Below are positions 47,436-56,725 of a DNA stretch of 64,000 nt, in pieces. Source of the stretch: a virus; the IMG/VR virus record IMGVR_UViG_3300020057_000001, positions 1 to 64,000 of that record; one strand, written 5' to 3'. Positions within the stretch are counted from its first letter, which is position 1. The number at the start of each line of letters is the position of its first letter. The notes below the pieces were generated by a model. The model searched no databases, was not told where the DNA came from, and was given only the letters and a program-made list of their open reading frames with translations. The position numbers and the translations under genes were made by a program.

Positions 47436-47905
47436 AAATTTTTCTTTTTTTAACAGCCTTTCTTCCACTTCCGGCACTCGCTTCGACGCAGGTGTTTTAC
47501 CCGACCGGTAAGGACGCTGGTAAGCTGCTCCTCTCCACGGTAAATGACCCCAACGGGTTTTGCACCGACGGGACACGAATCCGCAACAGGCAGGGCGTGG
47601 TACATTTCACTTGCTTTGGGGTCAACGGCACAACAACCGACGCTGCCTTGATACTGATGAAATCGTCTTTGGGATTGCACCCGCGAATCTGTTTCTCTTT
47701 TCTCGACTCACAAAAGAGCTACAAGATCACGCTACCTACCCCGATGTTCTATTACAAGGCTTCCGACGTGGGCAAGGTGTTGGACACCAGCAGTGCGCAC
47801 TTCATCGATGTTCGCGAGTTAAGCACGGTATTTGACAGTTCCCTAGAATGTACAAAGCTTCCGGTCGATTTCGTTGCACCTACACAACAACAACCAGCAA
47901 TTTGA
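47432..47905 (+). CDS. Secreted hypothetical protein
   Basis: Signal peptide MKIFLFLTAFLPLPALA; ATGA overlap. Confidence 0.6.
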   Translation: MKIFLFLTAFLPLPALASTQVFYPTGKDAGKLLLSTVNDPNGFCTDGTRIRNRQGVVHFTCFGVNGTTTDAALILMKSSLGLHPRICFSFLDSQKSYKITLPTPMFYYKASDVGKVLDTSSAHFIDVRELSTVFDSSLECTKLPVDFVAPTQQQPAI

Positions 47906-47937
47906 TAATTTGTAAAATGAATTTTTAGGGGGACTGC

Positions 47938-48195
47938 ATGAAGATATACGCCGGACACGCTATCGGAACAAGAACTTTGACTGCGGATTTGCAATTTTTT
48001 AAGAGAGACATTCTCGATTTTGGCTTTGAGGTCGCTTACGACTGCCCTGCCCTGGGGTGGACAGTGTGGGTGTCTCGGGCTTCGAATTTTAAAGAACGGA
48101 TGGAACTCTGTAAAAAGTTTGACTATCTAGTAACGCACCCTGAAGGTGTAGCCGAAGACGTAGTGTGCAGGTTGACACAGATCGTAAGTTTGTAA
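47938..48195 (+). CDS. Hypothetical protein
   Basis: GGGG SD. Confidence 0.5.
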   Translation: MKIYAGHAIGTRTLTADLQFFKRDILDFGFEVAYDCPALGWTVWVSRASNFKERMELCKKFDYLVTHPEGVAEDVVCRLTQIVSL

Positions 48196-48284
48196 AAGCG
48201 TTCCCGATCTCTCCTTACTCGCCTCTAGACGTTCTGTCTAGAGGCTCTTTTGTTTGGTTTAAAATACGGATTGAAGGAGAATCC

Positions 48285-48866
48285 ATGCCAAATCAACCAG
48301 TTATCACGTTTGACGACACAAAACTTATCAGAGATTCCGAGGGTCACTCGCTGACCGCTTACCCAGACCCCGCAACGAAAAACGATCCTATTAAAAAAGG
48401 GCACCCTTGGACAATCTCCTATGGGATTACAGGAGCATGGGTAAAGCCGGGCGTTGTGATCACACAAGCAGAGTCCGAGCTTAGATTTATGGAACTTATT
48501 AAAGTCTTCTGTAAAGATCTCGACGCATGCCTCACTGTAGAGCTTGGTAAAAACCAATACATCGCCGTCCTTTCTCTCTTGTGGAACATCGGCAAAGGTA
48601 ACTTTGCAAAAAGTACCCTGCTCAAAAAACTGAATGCAAAAGACTTTGCGGCGGCTGCCTTGGAGTTTGTAAAGTGGAATAAAGCAAATGGTGCTGTCAT
48701 GAACGGGCTAACGACCCGTAGAGCCAAAGAAGCCGCGCTATTCTCTACCCCATCTCAGGCTCCTAAGCTGTCTAAGTCTCTCACGGCGCCCGCTGTAATC
48801 GATTTTGAGCAGTTTACACAGACAACATGCCCTGTCACAGACGAAACAAATTTACCAAAGAAATAA
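48285..48866 (+). CDS. Phage lysozyme (GH24) endolysin
   Basis: SEG...AYPDP...WTISYGIT, WNIG.G.F..STLLKKLN, GL..RR..E; AAGGAG SD before ATG 48285. Confidence 0.88.
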   Translation: MPNQPVITFDDTKLIRDSEGHSLTAYPDPATKNDPIKKGHPWTISYGITGAWVKPGVVITQAESELRFMELIKVFCKDLDACLTVELGKNQYIAVLSLLWNIGKGNFAKSTLLKKLNAKDFAAAALEFVKWNKANGAVMNGLTTRRAKEAALFSTPSQAPKLSKSLTAPAVIDFEQFTQTTCPVTDETNLPKK

Positions 48867-48916
48867 ATGCTTTACCGCTTTCTTTAAAAATTTCTTTTAA
48901 ACGTCAAAAATAAACC

Positions 48917-48943
48917 TAAAGTCTGACCAACTCTTGGCGATAA
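48917..48943 (+). promoter_or_regulatory. sigma28-like promoter
   Basis: TAAA-GTCTGACCAACTCTT-GGCGATAA. Confidence 0.75.
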
Positions 48944-48965
48944 CAAAGCTAGGAGGAACAAACAA

Positions 48966-49529
48966 ATGACTTGTTCAATAGATACAGCACCGCCGCCAGC
49001 GATAATACGCCACCTTCCCACCAAGTCTGCCTGTAACGGCAGCCGGAATTCATCCGCGCCGAAGGGCGTCATGATCGCTCCCGCCAAAGTTGCTAGCCAC
49101 AGCAGCCAGAGTTCTTCTGGCACTCCCTCCCACTCACCCGCTGACGCAAGGTCAGCGGCAGGAAGTAAGGCCAATGCTGAAACAGGTCAAGTCACCCAGA
49201 ATCTAGACGTCAGGGTGTTTAATGTCACTTCTAAACAAAAAGCCTACCGACCGAAGAGAGCAACGTCCAGCGGACGCTATTACTCTCTAAAACCCGCTCC
49301 CGTGAAGCACTTCCACCTATTCGTGCTTGCGGGGGTGTCCCCTACCTCCTACACAATCGCAAACAACTCATGCGACAGGGCAACTTTGACCTGCACAGTA
49401 GACGTAGACCGCAAGCGCGTTTTTGACATCGGCGCTGGTGGCTCATTCACGACAGGCAGCGGTGCTAGTATCGGTATTATCGGTACCGTGCAAGGAAACA
49501 TCTACGGAACTTTGGGATTCTCTTTTTAA
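48966..49529 (+). CDS. Hypothetical protein, C-terminal amphipathic beta strands ending in F
   Basis: AGGAGG SD; ends YGTLGFSF. Confidence 0.5.
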   Translation: MTCSIDTAPPPAIIRHLPTKSACNGSRNSSAPKGVMIAPAKVASHSSQSSSGTPSHSPADARSAAGSKANAETGQVTQNLDVRVFNVTSKQKAYRPKRATSSGRYYSLKPAPVKHFHLFVLAGVSPTSYTIANNSCDRATLTCTVDVDRKRVFDIGAGGSFTTGSGASIGIIGTVQGNIYGTLGFSF

Positions 49530-49550
49530 TCACGCATTGAAGGACTTCTT

Positions 49551-50147
49551 GTGAAAAAACTACTCTTGCTTTTACCTCTTTTTCTAGCCGCTTGCGGCGC
49601 AGACGACCAGTCGACGCGCATGACGACGTCGTTCGACCCAGAATGCGAGGATGCAATTCTATCTTTAACTGCTACAAACTGCTCGACACCCGGCCCTACG
49701 CCTCCTCCAGCTCCGACGGGTCCAGCATCGACGCTGACTATCACCGGCCCCGTACCCGCACCTTCGGGTGCAGGCTGGACAACTGAAGGGTTTGTACGCG
49801 TTCCAACGAGTACAACGTTCCTAGGCTGGCAGAGCCTTGGCTTGTCCACCTCCACAGTGGCAATTACCAAAGTTTATGCTAGCTCAATAACAACGTCTGG
49901 CTCTTGCCAACAGGTAGACCTCAAGATGATTACTGGTTTGGGTGCACCGACAGGGCTGCGAGGTAACTTTTACAACCAGAGCAGACCTGACCGCTTTAAG
50001 TATTGCGTCGAGAGCGGGTCGGTTATCGCTGGATATGAAGACGGAGCGGACACAAACTTCTCAGACTTTAAAGTGAAGATTAGCTCAAACCTCGGAAGTT
50101 TGAACTACGAGCTACGGGGTAATAACCTGTTCGTTTGTCTCGATTAA
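49551..50147 (+). CDS. Lipoprotein with Pro-rich linker and DUF4114-like C-terminus
   Basis: Lipobox LAAC; GYEDGADTNFSDF. Confidence 0.65.
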   Translation: MKKLLLLLPLFLAACGADDQSTRMTTSFDPECEDAILSLTATNCSTPGPTPPPAPTGPASTLTITGPVPAPSGAGWTTEGFVRVPTSTTFLGWQSLGLSTSTVAITKVYASSITTSGSCQQVDLKMITGLGAPTGLRGNFYNQSRPDRFKYCVESGSVIAGYEDGADTNFSDFKVKISSNLGSLNYELRGNNLFVCLD

Positions 50148-50180
50148 AAAAAAGAAATCGTCCCTGATTTCTTTCTGTGA

Positions 50181-50432
50181 TTAGCCTACCAGTCCTTGGT
50201 AAAAGGCGTCAACAAGCATCTTACATTCTGCGTTTTGTAAATCTAAAACTTCTGGAAGAATTTCTGGGAGTTTTAGGTCTTTTAGAGGTAGGAGGCTTGG
50301 TACTTTTTCGAAAATCACACCGATGATATTCTTCTTCTGAATCGTTGCGACGATGATCGAAGCAATCGCTCCACCTGCCACAAAAATCTTCTTTAACTCT
50401 GAAATGTCTTGCGGAAAAGAAGCTGCACTCAT
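50181..50432 (-). CDS. Small hypothetical protein
   Basis: AAGGAG SD. Confidence 0.6.
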   Translation of the reverse strand: MSAASFPQDISELKKIFVAGGAIASIIVATIQKKNIIGVIFEKVPSLLPLKDLKLPEILPEVLDLQNAECKMLVDAFYQGLVG

Positions 50433-50607
50433 TTAAGACTCCTTGTCTTATTAGGTTGTTAAGGCCAGATAAAGCATAGCAACTTTTACTTTTTGATCAA
50501 GTGTCAGACCTTTGACGCCTTTTTACTTGCCAAGGTTCTGACGCATTTGCGTATTCAAAATTTGTTCGTATTCTTCTCTTGCCCAATAACGGGCTAAGGA
50601 GATTTCG

Positions 50608-51834
50608 ATGCGCGGTAGTTATTTGGATTTATGGAACACAGCAAAAGTGCTCGGTAACTGGTCAAACGAAACGAAACAAGCCGTCGATGCTATCGTGGCG
50701 AACAGAAGCAGATACGAGGAAGTACAGAACAAAACAGGCGTACCTTGGTACATAGTAGCGGTGTTGCACAGCCTCGAGTCGAGCAGAGATTTTGGGTCAT
50801 GGCTTGCGAACGGTGACCCTTTGACAGCTCCCACCGTACACGTTCCCGCAGGGCTCGGTAGAGGAATGTCCTTTCCAGTGTCGTTTGTCAAAGGCTGCGA
50901 AATTAGCCTAGCACACGCGGGTGTCCGTGGTTCCACACATTGGGACGACCTGACTGTGCTTCTCGAAACACTAGAGGCATACAACGGGATGGGATATGTC
51001 CCGCGGCGAATTAATTCGCCCTACCTTTGGTCGGGTACCCAACACTATGCAAAGGGCAAGTATGTCGCTGACGGAGTGTGGGATTCTAACGCTGTCTCTG
51101 CTCAACTCGGCTGTGCCACTCTTCTTAAAGAAATTCAAAACAGGGGGCTCTTGAATATGGCAGACGTTACTCCCGTGGCTACATGGTTTGATTTTCAACG
51201 CGACGCTTCGAGAACAACAGTAATCACTGCGTATGCAGGACCGACACCTGTTGCGCAAGTAAAAACAAACATTAAGAAAGAGATTGTGAGTTTTCTGAAT
51301 AAGTTTCCTCAAGCGGGATCTGTGCTGGTAGGGCTGCAAAGTAAGCCCATCCCTGTGGTAGCCGCTGCTCCCATTGCCGCTCCCATTGCCGCTCCTGTGC
51401 TCAGTTCTGTGAATTCAAAGATGGTCGAGTTTTACAAAGTCAAGTCAAACTACGACAGAGTGTTCGACGATGTCATGCAATGGTACGGTACAACGTCGAA
51501 CGGATGCGTCGCGTTTATGAGCACGGCTTTGCGAATGACAGGGTATTCCGTCCCGATGGGCGAGATCAGTTTGGTAACCACCCCTTTCTCGGACTTCCTT
51601 ATTTCAAAAAGATGGAAGCGGATATCACTTGACCAACTCCTTCCGGGCGACGTCTGTTTCAGTATTGAAACGGACTATCCGGGCTACCCTTCACACACAT
51701 ACTGCTTTCTTAGTTGGGCAAACATCAGCACCAAAACAGCTTGGATTATTGACAATCAGGGTTTTACCCACGAGCGAAACATGCTTGCTAACGGTCCGAA
51801 AGATGCGTTTCAATACGCCCTGAGGGCTGTGTGA
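50608..51834 (+). CDS. Two-domain peptidoglycan hydrolase: lysozyme-like N-domain + NlpC/P60/CHAP-like C-domain
   Basis: GVPW...H..ES...NGDPL...EAYNG.GY...SPYLWSGT..Y.KGKYVADG; NGCVAFMS.AL...GDV...SHT. Confidence 0.75.
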   Translation: MRGSYLDLWNTAKVLGNWSNETKQAVDAIVANRSRYEEVQNKTGVPWYIVAVLHSLESSRDFGSWLANGDPLTAPTVHVPAGLGRGMSFPVSFVKGCEISLAHAGVRGSTHWDDLTVLLETLEAYNGMGYVPRRINSPYLWSGTQHYAKGKYVADGVWDSNAVSAQLGCATLLKEIQNRGLLNMADVTPVATWFDFQRDASRTTVITAYAGPTPVAQVKTNIKKEIVSFLNKFPQAGSVLVGLQSKPIPVVAAAPIAAPIAAPVLSSVNSKMVEFYKVKSNYDRVFDDVMQWYGTTSNGCVAFMSTALRMTGYSVPMGEISLVTTPFSDFLISKRWKRISLDQLLPGDVCFSIETDYPGYPSHTYCFLSWANISTKTAWIIDNQGFTHERNMLANGPKDAFQYALRAV

Positions 51835-52049
51835 GACGAGAAACCTTAGAGACGCTGAAGACCAAAGTCTCGTGCTCCTTTGAGCCGAGTAAGTTCTTAA
51901 GCTTAAACTGGAGCGAAGTTGAACAGTTGAAGAAAGACCTACTCGTAGCCGCTTTAGAGATTTGTAAGGGTAACCAAACCCACGCCGGTGACTTGTTAGG
52001 GATATCCAGCATTTGTGTCTCGAAGCTCCGCGTAGAGTACCACCTCTGA
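51831..52049 (+). CDS. Stand-alone Fis-type HTH protein
   Basis: AALEICKGNQTHAGDLLGIS. Confidence 0.7.
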   Translation: MRRETLETLKTKVSCSFEPSKFLSLNWSEVEQLKKDLLVAALEICKGNQTHAGDLLGISSICVSKLRVEYHL

Positions 52050-52055
52050 ATCCAT

Positions 52056-52076
52056 GTGTCTAAAACATTTAGACAC
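52056..52076. promoter_or_regulatory. Perfect 9-bp inverted repeat, candidate enhancer/operator
   Basis: GTGTCTAAA-ACA-TTTAGACAC. Confidence 0.55.
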
Positions 52077-52134
52077 TGGTGAATCCTTATACATCCCTAA
52101 TTATCAAAAACTGAATGAAATTACTCTTGACGCC

Positions 52135-52151
52135 TTGGCACGCCACATGCA
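52135..52151 (+). promoter_or_regulatory. sigma54 (-24/-12) promoter
   Basis: TTGGCACGCCACATGCA (GG-N10-GC). Confidence 0.6.
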
Positions 52152-52191
52152 ATAGAGGTATTGAGCAATGAAGCTCTTAGGAGAATTTGAA

Positions 52192-52749
52192 ATGTTGAAC
52201 ACACGAGCAATTTTTAACCTATACCCAAAAAACCCCGTCGCTAAAACCGTCCTCGACCACATGACGCTCAAAGGAAAAAACCAAGAAAAGTTTTACGTCG
52301 ACGTATTGGCTAAAGAACTAAAGCTCGGTCGTTCGGACATCATCGAAGTCTTTAAGCTTTTGGAAAAGGACTGCAAAATGGGGTCATGGTTGCGGGGCCG
52401 AGTAACTCCGGGACAGACAAGATTCGAAGCAGTGTATCGGATGGACGACGTAGAAAAGGCGATGCACAACCCAAAATTTGAAGCACCAGAGCCTTATAGG
52501 GCATCTCCGAAGAGGATAGTTTTTACAAAAAAGACGCTCAAGCAAAAGAAGACGCCTCTGCAAGTAGCTCCTCGCGTAGCTCCCGTGGTTGAGCCGCTTC
52601 CAGTTGTAAAAGCGGTCGAGCCTGTCGCTACCGAGCCCGTGCTTATGAACATGCTAGTCATTCGTCCTGGTTTTGTTTTGCAAATTCCTTCTGGGCTTTC
52701 CGAAGCGGAACGTAAGAAAGTGGCTGACTTTGTACAAATAGCGAACTAG
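52192..52749 (+). CDS. Hypothetical protein, possible winged-HTH
   Basis: AGGAG SD before ATG 52192; LAKELKLGRSDIIEVFKLLE. Confidence 0.6.
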   Translation: MLNTRAIFNLYPKNPVAKTVLDHMTLKGKNQEKFYVDVLAKELKLGRSDIIEVFKLLEKDCKMGSWLRGRVTPGQTRFEAVYRMDDVEKAMHNPKFEAPEPYRASPKRIVFTKKTLKQKKTPLQVAPRVAPVVEPLPVVKAVEPVATEPVLMNMLVIRPGFVLQIPSGLSEAERKKVADFVQIAN

Positions 52750-52779
52750 AGTACTCAATCAATTAAATACCCGACCTTC

Positions 52780-52799
52780 AGCCCTTAAGGGGCTTTTCT
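52780..52799 (+). terminator. Probable intrinsic terminator
   Basis: AGCCCT-TAA-GGGGCT-TTT. Confidence 0.5.
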
Positions 52800-52859
52800 G
52801 CGTTTTCATTTAGAAAAGCCTGTGTTAGACTGCAAGTAAAATCTAACAAGAGGTGATGA

Positions 52860-53189
52860 ATGGCAACAGGCGCGTTAGGCAAACCAGTAATTCAAGTAGT
52901 AAGCGGAATCTTTCGGTCACAGCCGCAAGAATACACGCTTACACACAACGCTACATCTGACTGGGGGAGTATAGCAGCAGGTGACCTCTATCAAATTATC
53001 GTATTAGCTTCTGCTCACGGCCTCGGTACAAGCCCAGTTGTAGCCTGTTTTCTCGATACAGGCGCCGGTTTTGTACTAATTATCCCTGACAGCATTACTG
53101 TCGCTGCCAACGGTGACGTCGCAGTTAATGTAAGTCAAGCAGGTATTGACGGGCGCTACAGCGGCCGCATTCAAATCGCTCGGTCATAA
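52860..53189 (+). CDS. Putative virion structural protein
   Basis: HGLGT.P.V beta module; start of fibre operon. Confidence 0.55.
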   Translation: MATGALGKPVIQVVSGIFRSQPQEYTLTHNATSDWGSIAAGDLYQIIVLASAHGLGTSPVVACFLDTGAGFVLIIPDSITVAANGDVAVNVSQAGIDGRYSGRIQIARS

Positions 53190-53198
53190 GGAGATGTT

Positions 53199-53930
53199 AT
53201 GGCTCGAGTAAAGGGCGATTTAAGCTCTAGGGTAGTGAGCACGAATTCGTTGGCTGTGGGTGTCACCACAAGCGTAACGTCTTCTTCCGGTCAAGTTGTG
53301 CTCAATAATTTTGCAACAGGCGTGCAAACAGCCACGGGCGTCGCGTCCAACTTTTCATTTAAGTTTGCAGCAGCTACACTATTTCCGACGGTGGGCTACC
53401 AGTTCACTATATATAATAAAAGTTCTCAATCTATCTCGGTACTTAACAGCGCAAATACAAGTCTAGTAATTATTCCAAGCGGTTACTCCGTGATTGTGAC
53501 GCTTCGCGACAATACGACGTCTAGCGGAATCTTCGATATTGCTGCTTTTTCTAACACATCCTTCTCCGACACGTCAGCAGAGCAAACGGCTCTTTTTGGG
53601 CGCAGCGGTCTTGTTTCGGTCGACGCGTGGTTGCTTCTGAGTGGGGTGCCGTCAAATTCGGTCGGCTACCGTACTTCTGTGACCACCGCGCGAGTGGTCC
53701 GGTTGTTTACCAACACGGGCGCAGCGAGCACATACACACTGGGCCTTTATTCCCACGACGGTGCCTTGGTAAACTCCTCACTCATAGCGACGTTAGCAGT
53801 CGTAAGTGCCCTTGGCGCAGAAGTCTCTATCTCAGCGAGTGTGGCAAACGGTAAACAACTCGCCGTAAAATTGGAAAGTGGCGCAGTCACGGACGTTCTT
53901 GCGGGCGTAGTTCTGAAAGGACTTGTTTAA
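53199..53930 (+). CDS. Putative virion structural/fibre protein
   Basis: S/T/V/A-rich; GYQFTIYN motif. Confidence 0.55.
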   Translation: MARVKGDLSSRVVSTNSLAVGVTTSVTSSSGQVVLNNFATGVQTATGVASNFSFKFAAATLFPTVGYQFTIYNKSSQSISVLNSANTSLVIIPSGYSVIVTLRDNTTSSGIFDIAAFSNTSFSDTSAEQTALFGRSGLVSVDAWLLLSGVPSNSVGYRTSVTTARVVRLFTNTGAASTYTLGLYSHDGALVNSSLIATLAVVSALGAEVSISASVANGKQLAVKLESGAVTDVLAGVVLKGLV

Positions 53931-53931
53931 C

Positions 53932-56700
53932 ATGTCAAAAATTCTAAAAAATACCACGGGGAGCCCTGTAACGATTACGGATGTGGGAGTGACCATTGGC
54001 GCTAGCAGCCAAATCACACTCGCACCGCAGGACTATCTTCTGTACGCTGCTTCAAGCAACGTGCTGACGTTCATTGGCGCAGGCACAATAGTTGTTAACG
54101 ACGGATCATCTGACCTTAGCATCAACCAGGGCACATCTTTAATACAAGGGAACTTCCCTTCTTCTATATTGAGCAGAACCCAAGACGGAGCGGGCACAGC
54201 GGTAACGTCCACTCTAGTTAGTGGCAAGCAAAGCCTTGACGCAAACATAACAGCTTCCGCTTTGCCAACAGGAGCCGCCACTTCTGCCAATCAGACAACA
54301 ACTAACTCTTCTTTGTCGTCCATCGACACAAAAACACCGGCGCTTGGGCAAGCTCTTGCAGCGGCTTCCCGTCCAGTGGTTCTGACCGCTGCTCAAATTA
54401 CAACTCTCACTCCTCTGACCACAGTAGCATCTACACAATCAGGCACTTGGAACATCACAAACATCACTGGGACAGTCTCTCTTCCCGCAGGTGCCTCTAC
54501 CTCTGCACTACAAACAACTGGCAACGCTTCTTTAAGTTCTATAGACACCAAGACACCTGCTCTTGGGCAAGCCCTTGCGGCTGCCTCGGTGCCCGTTGTT
54601 CTCACAGCAGCTCAAATTACAACTCTCACTCCTCTGGCAACAATTGCGGCTACTCAATCAGGCACTTGGAACATAGCCAACGTCACGGGAACAGTCTCTC
54701 TTCCCACAGGCGCTGCCACGTCTGCACTACAAACGACTGGTAACACTTCTTTATCTTCGCTAGACACCAAGACACCTGCGCTTGGGCAGGCTTTGGCAGC
54801 AGCATCTAGTCCAGTTGTTCTCACAGCCGCTCAAATTACAACGCTCACCCCTTTGACCACAGTGGCTGTGACCCAGAGCACCTCGCCTTGGGTGACCTCA
54901 AGAAACTGGAATCTAGGTAGTGGTACAGACTCAGTGGCTGCGGTGCAGTCGGGCGTTTGGAACGTTACAAATATTTCAGGGACCGTCTCTCTGCCCACGG
55001 GCGCGGCTACGGAAACCACTCTAGCAGCGGCAAGTGCAAAGCTTCCCGCTTCTCTAGGCGCTAAGACAGGCATCACCTCTTTTAGCGTAGTGCCCAATAC
55101 AGACACACCTTTTCCGTCTTCTCAGTCCGGCACTTGGAACATAACCAACGTCACGGGGTCAGTAAGCTTACCCACCGGAGCTTCCACGTCTGCCAGTCAG
55201 ACAACCGGAAACGTGTCCCTAGCAAGCGTCGATGGCAAGCTCACAGCAAGCAACACTTCTCTTGCAAGTATTGACGGGAAAATTACTACCGTGAATACAG
55301 GCGCGGTCGTTATTACCTCCAGCGCATTGCCCGCAGGTGCTGCCACTTCTGCCAACCAGACATTAACTAATGGACCTGTCACCCCAGGCGCTGTGGCAAC
55401 TCAAAGCAACCTAGCGGGCGGACAATTCAACAGGGTAAAACCCGCTGTAACCAATGGGCAGCAGGTCGCTGTTCAAGTAAACTCACGCGGAAATTTGATG
55501 ACCGCATCGGACCTCGAATCACCCAACTTCGATGCAATGAACCGCATGCGTGTGTCCAATCCCGTTCAAATCCTCGGGTACACTTTTTCCCTGTCTGAGC
55601 ATAGTCTTTCATTCAACTACCTCCTAACTACAGCGGGCACAGTCACGCACGTCCCTGACAATGCCTGCCTACGCCTCGCCGCAACTACCGCGTCTGGGAG
55701 CAGCGCCGTGGTTCAGTCAAAAATGTACATACGTTATACTTTGGGCGTGAGCCACGTGGTTCACCAATCGATTGTTGTAGGTGCCGCAAAAGCCAACGTT
55801 AGAAAGCGTTGGGGTTATTTTGACGCAGAAGACGGATTGTTTTTCCAACAAACACTAGCCTCTCTTTCGGTGGTCGTGAGAACTTCCACATCAGGATCAG
55901 CAGTGGATACTGTTATCGACCGAGCAGCATGGAACATTGACTTACTGGATGGCACAGGGCCTTCCGGCTATACCCTCGATGTGACGAGAGGCAACCTTTA
56001 TTTTCTTGACTTTACTTGGCACGGAGCCGCTCGAGTGCGGTTTGGGGTATTGTTCAACGGGCTCAAAGTTTACTGCCATGAATTCGACGGCTCTAATACG
56101 TTTACCGTACCGTACATGAGAACGGCATTTTTGCCGGTGCGTGCGGAAATCACAAATACAGCGGCTACGGCATCTGCGACCTCGCTGGACTTTATCGCAG
56201 GGTCAGTATTTAAAGAAAGCTCAGAGCCATACCTCCCTACATACAACTTCGGGCGTTCTACAGCGAGAACGTTTAAAAATGCGAATGCTACCGCGAGTCC
56301 GTTCCTCAGCATCCGCCCTCGCACCACTTTTGCCACTATCACGAACAGAATCATTACAGAGCCTACTGAGTTTCAGGTGTTTGCCGGTGCGGTTGCGGTA
56401 GTTGCCACTTTAGTTCTGAATCCTACGCTCACAAGTGCCTCGTTTGCAAACGTAAATACTGCGTCTAGTTCGGTTCAGGTTGATACGGCAGCTACGGCTT
56501 TTACAGGCGGGACGGTGATCGGTGACTACCTGATACAGATAAACACCACAGCGACTTTTGACCTTAGGGCCTTTTCGGACGCTATCCTTCTCGGCCTAAA
56601 CATTCCGGGTACAACGGCGGACATTTTAACAATCGTTTTGCAAAGTACAGCGGGTAACTCTAGCTGCGGTGCTGCTTTCAGGTGGGGTGAATTCCAATGA
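53932..56700 (+). CDS. Fibre-like virion protein with 73-aa repeats
   Basis: IDTKTPALGQAL...QSGTWNI repeats spaced 219 nt (54325/54544/54763); globular C-domain starting DAMNRMRVS. Confidence 0.7.
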   Translation: MSKILKNTTGSPVTITDVGVTIGASSQITLAPQDYLLYAASSNVLTFIGAGTIVVNDGSSDLSINQGTSLIQGNFPSSILSRTQDGAGTAVTSTLVSGKQSLDANITASALPTGAATSANQTTTNSSLSSIDTKTPALGQALAAASRPVVLTAAQITTLTPLTTVASTQSGTWNITNITGTVSLPAGASTSALQTTGNASLSSIDTKTPALGQALAAASVPVVLTAAQITTLTPLATIAATQSGTWNIANVTGTVSLPTGAATSALQTTGNTSLSSLDTKTPALGQALAAASSPVVLTAAQITTLTPLTTVAVTQSTSPWVTSRNWNLGSGTDSVAAVQSGVWNVTNISGTVSLPTGAATETTLAAASAKLPASLGAKTGITSFSVVPNTDTPFPSSQSGTWNITNVTGSVSLPTGASTSASQTTGNVSLASVDGKLTASNTSLASIDGKITTVNTGAVVITSSALPAGAATSANQTLTNGPVTPGAVATQSNLAGGQFNRVKPAVTNGQQVAVQVNSRGNLMTASDLESPNFDAMNRMRVSNPVQILGYTFSLSEHSLSFNYLLTTAGTVTHVPDNACLRLAATTASGSSAVVQSKMYIRYTLGVSHVVHQSIVVGAAKANVRKRWGYFDAEDGLFFQQTLASLSVVVRTSTSGSAVDTVIDRAAWNIDLLDGTGPSGYTLDVTRGNLYFLDFTWHGAARVRFGVLFNGLKVYCHEFDGSNTFTVPYMRTAFLPVRAEITNTAATASATSLDFIAGSVFKESSEPYLPTYNFGRSTARTFKNANATASPFLSIRPRTTFATITNRIITEPTEFQVFAGAVAVVATLVLNPTLTSASFANVNTASSSVQVDTAATAFTGGTVIGDYLIQINTTATFDLRAFSDAILLGLNIPGTTADILTIVLQSTAGNSSCGAAFRWGEFQ

Positions 56701-56725
56701 TTAACATACAACAGAGGGCGTCATA

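Noticed and set aside
48165-48284. N-terminal extension of the lysozyme in the ORF track (possible SAR/signal)
   Set aside because: Strong SD and TAAAAT motif favour ATG 48285; the extension is not hydrophobic
51361-51396. 12-bp tandem repeat (AAPI)
   Set aside because: Ordinary in-frame interdomain linker
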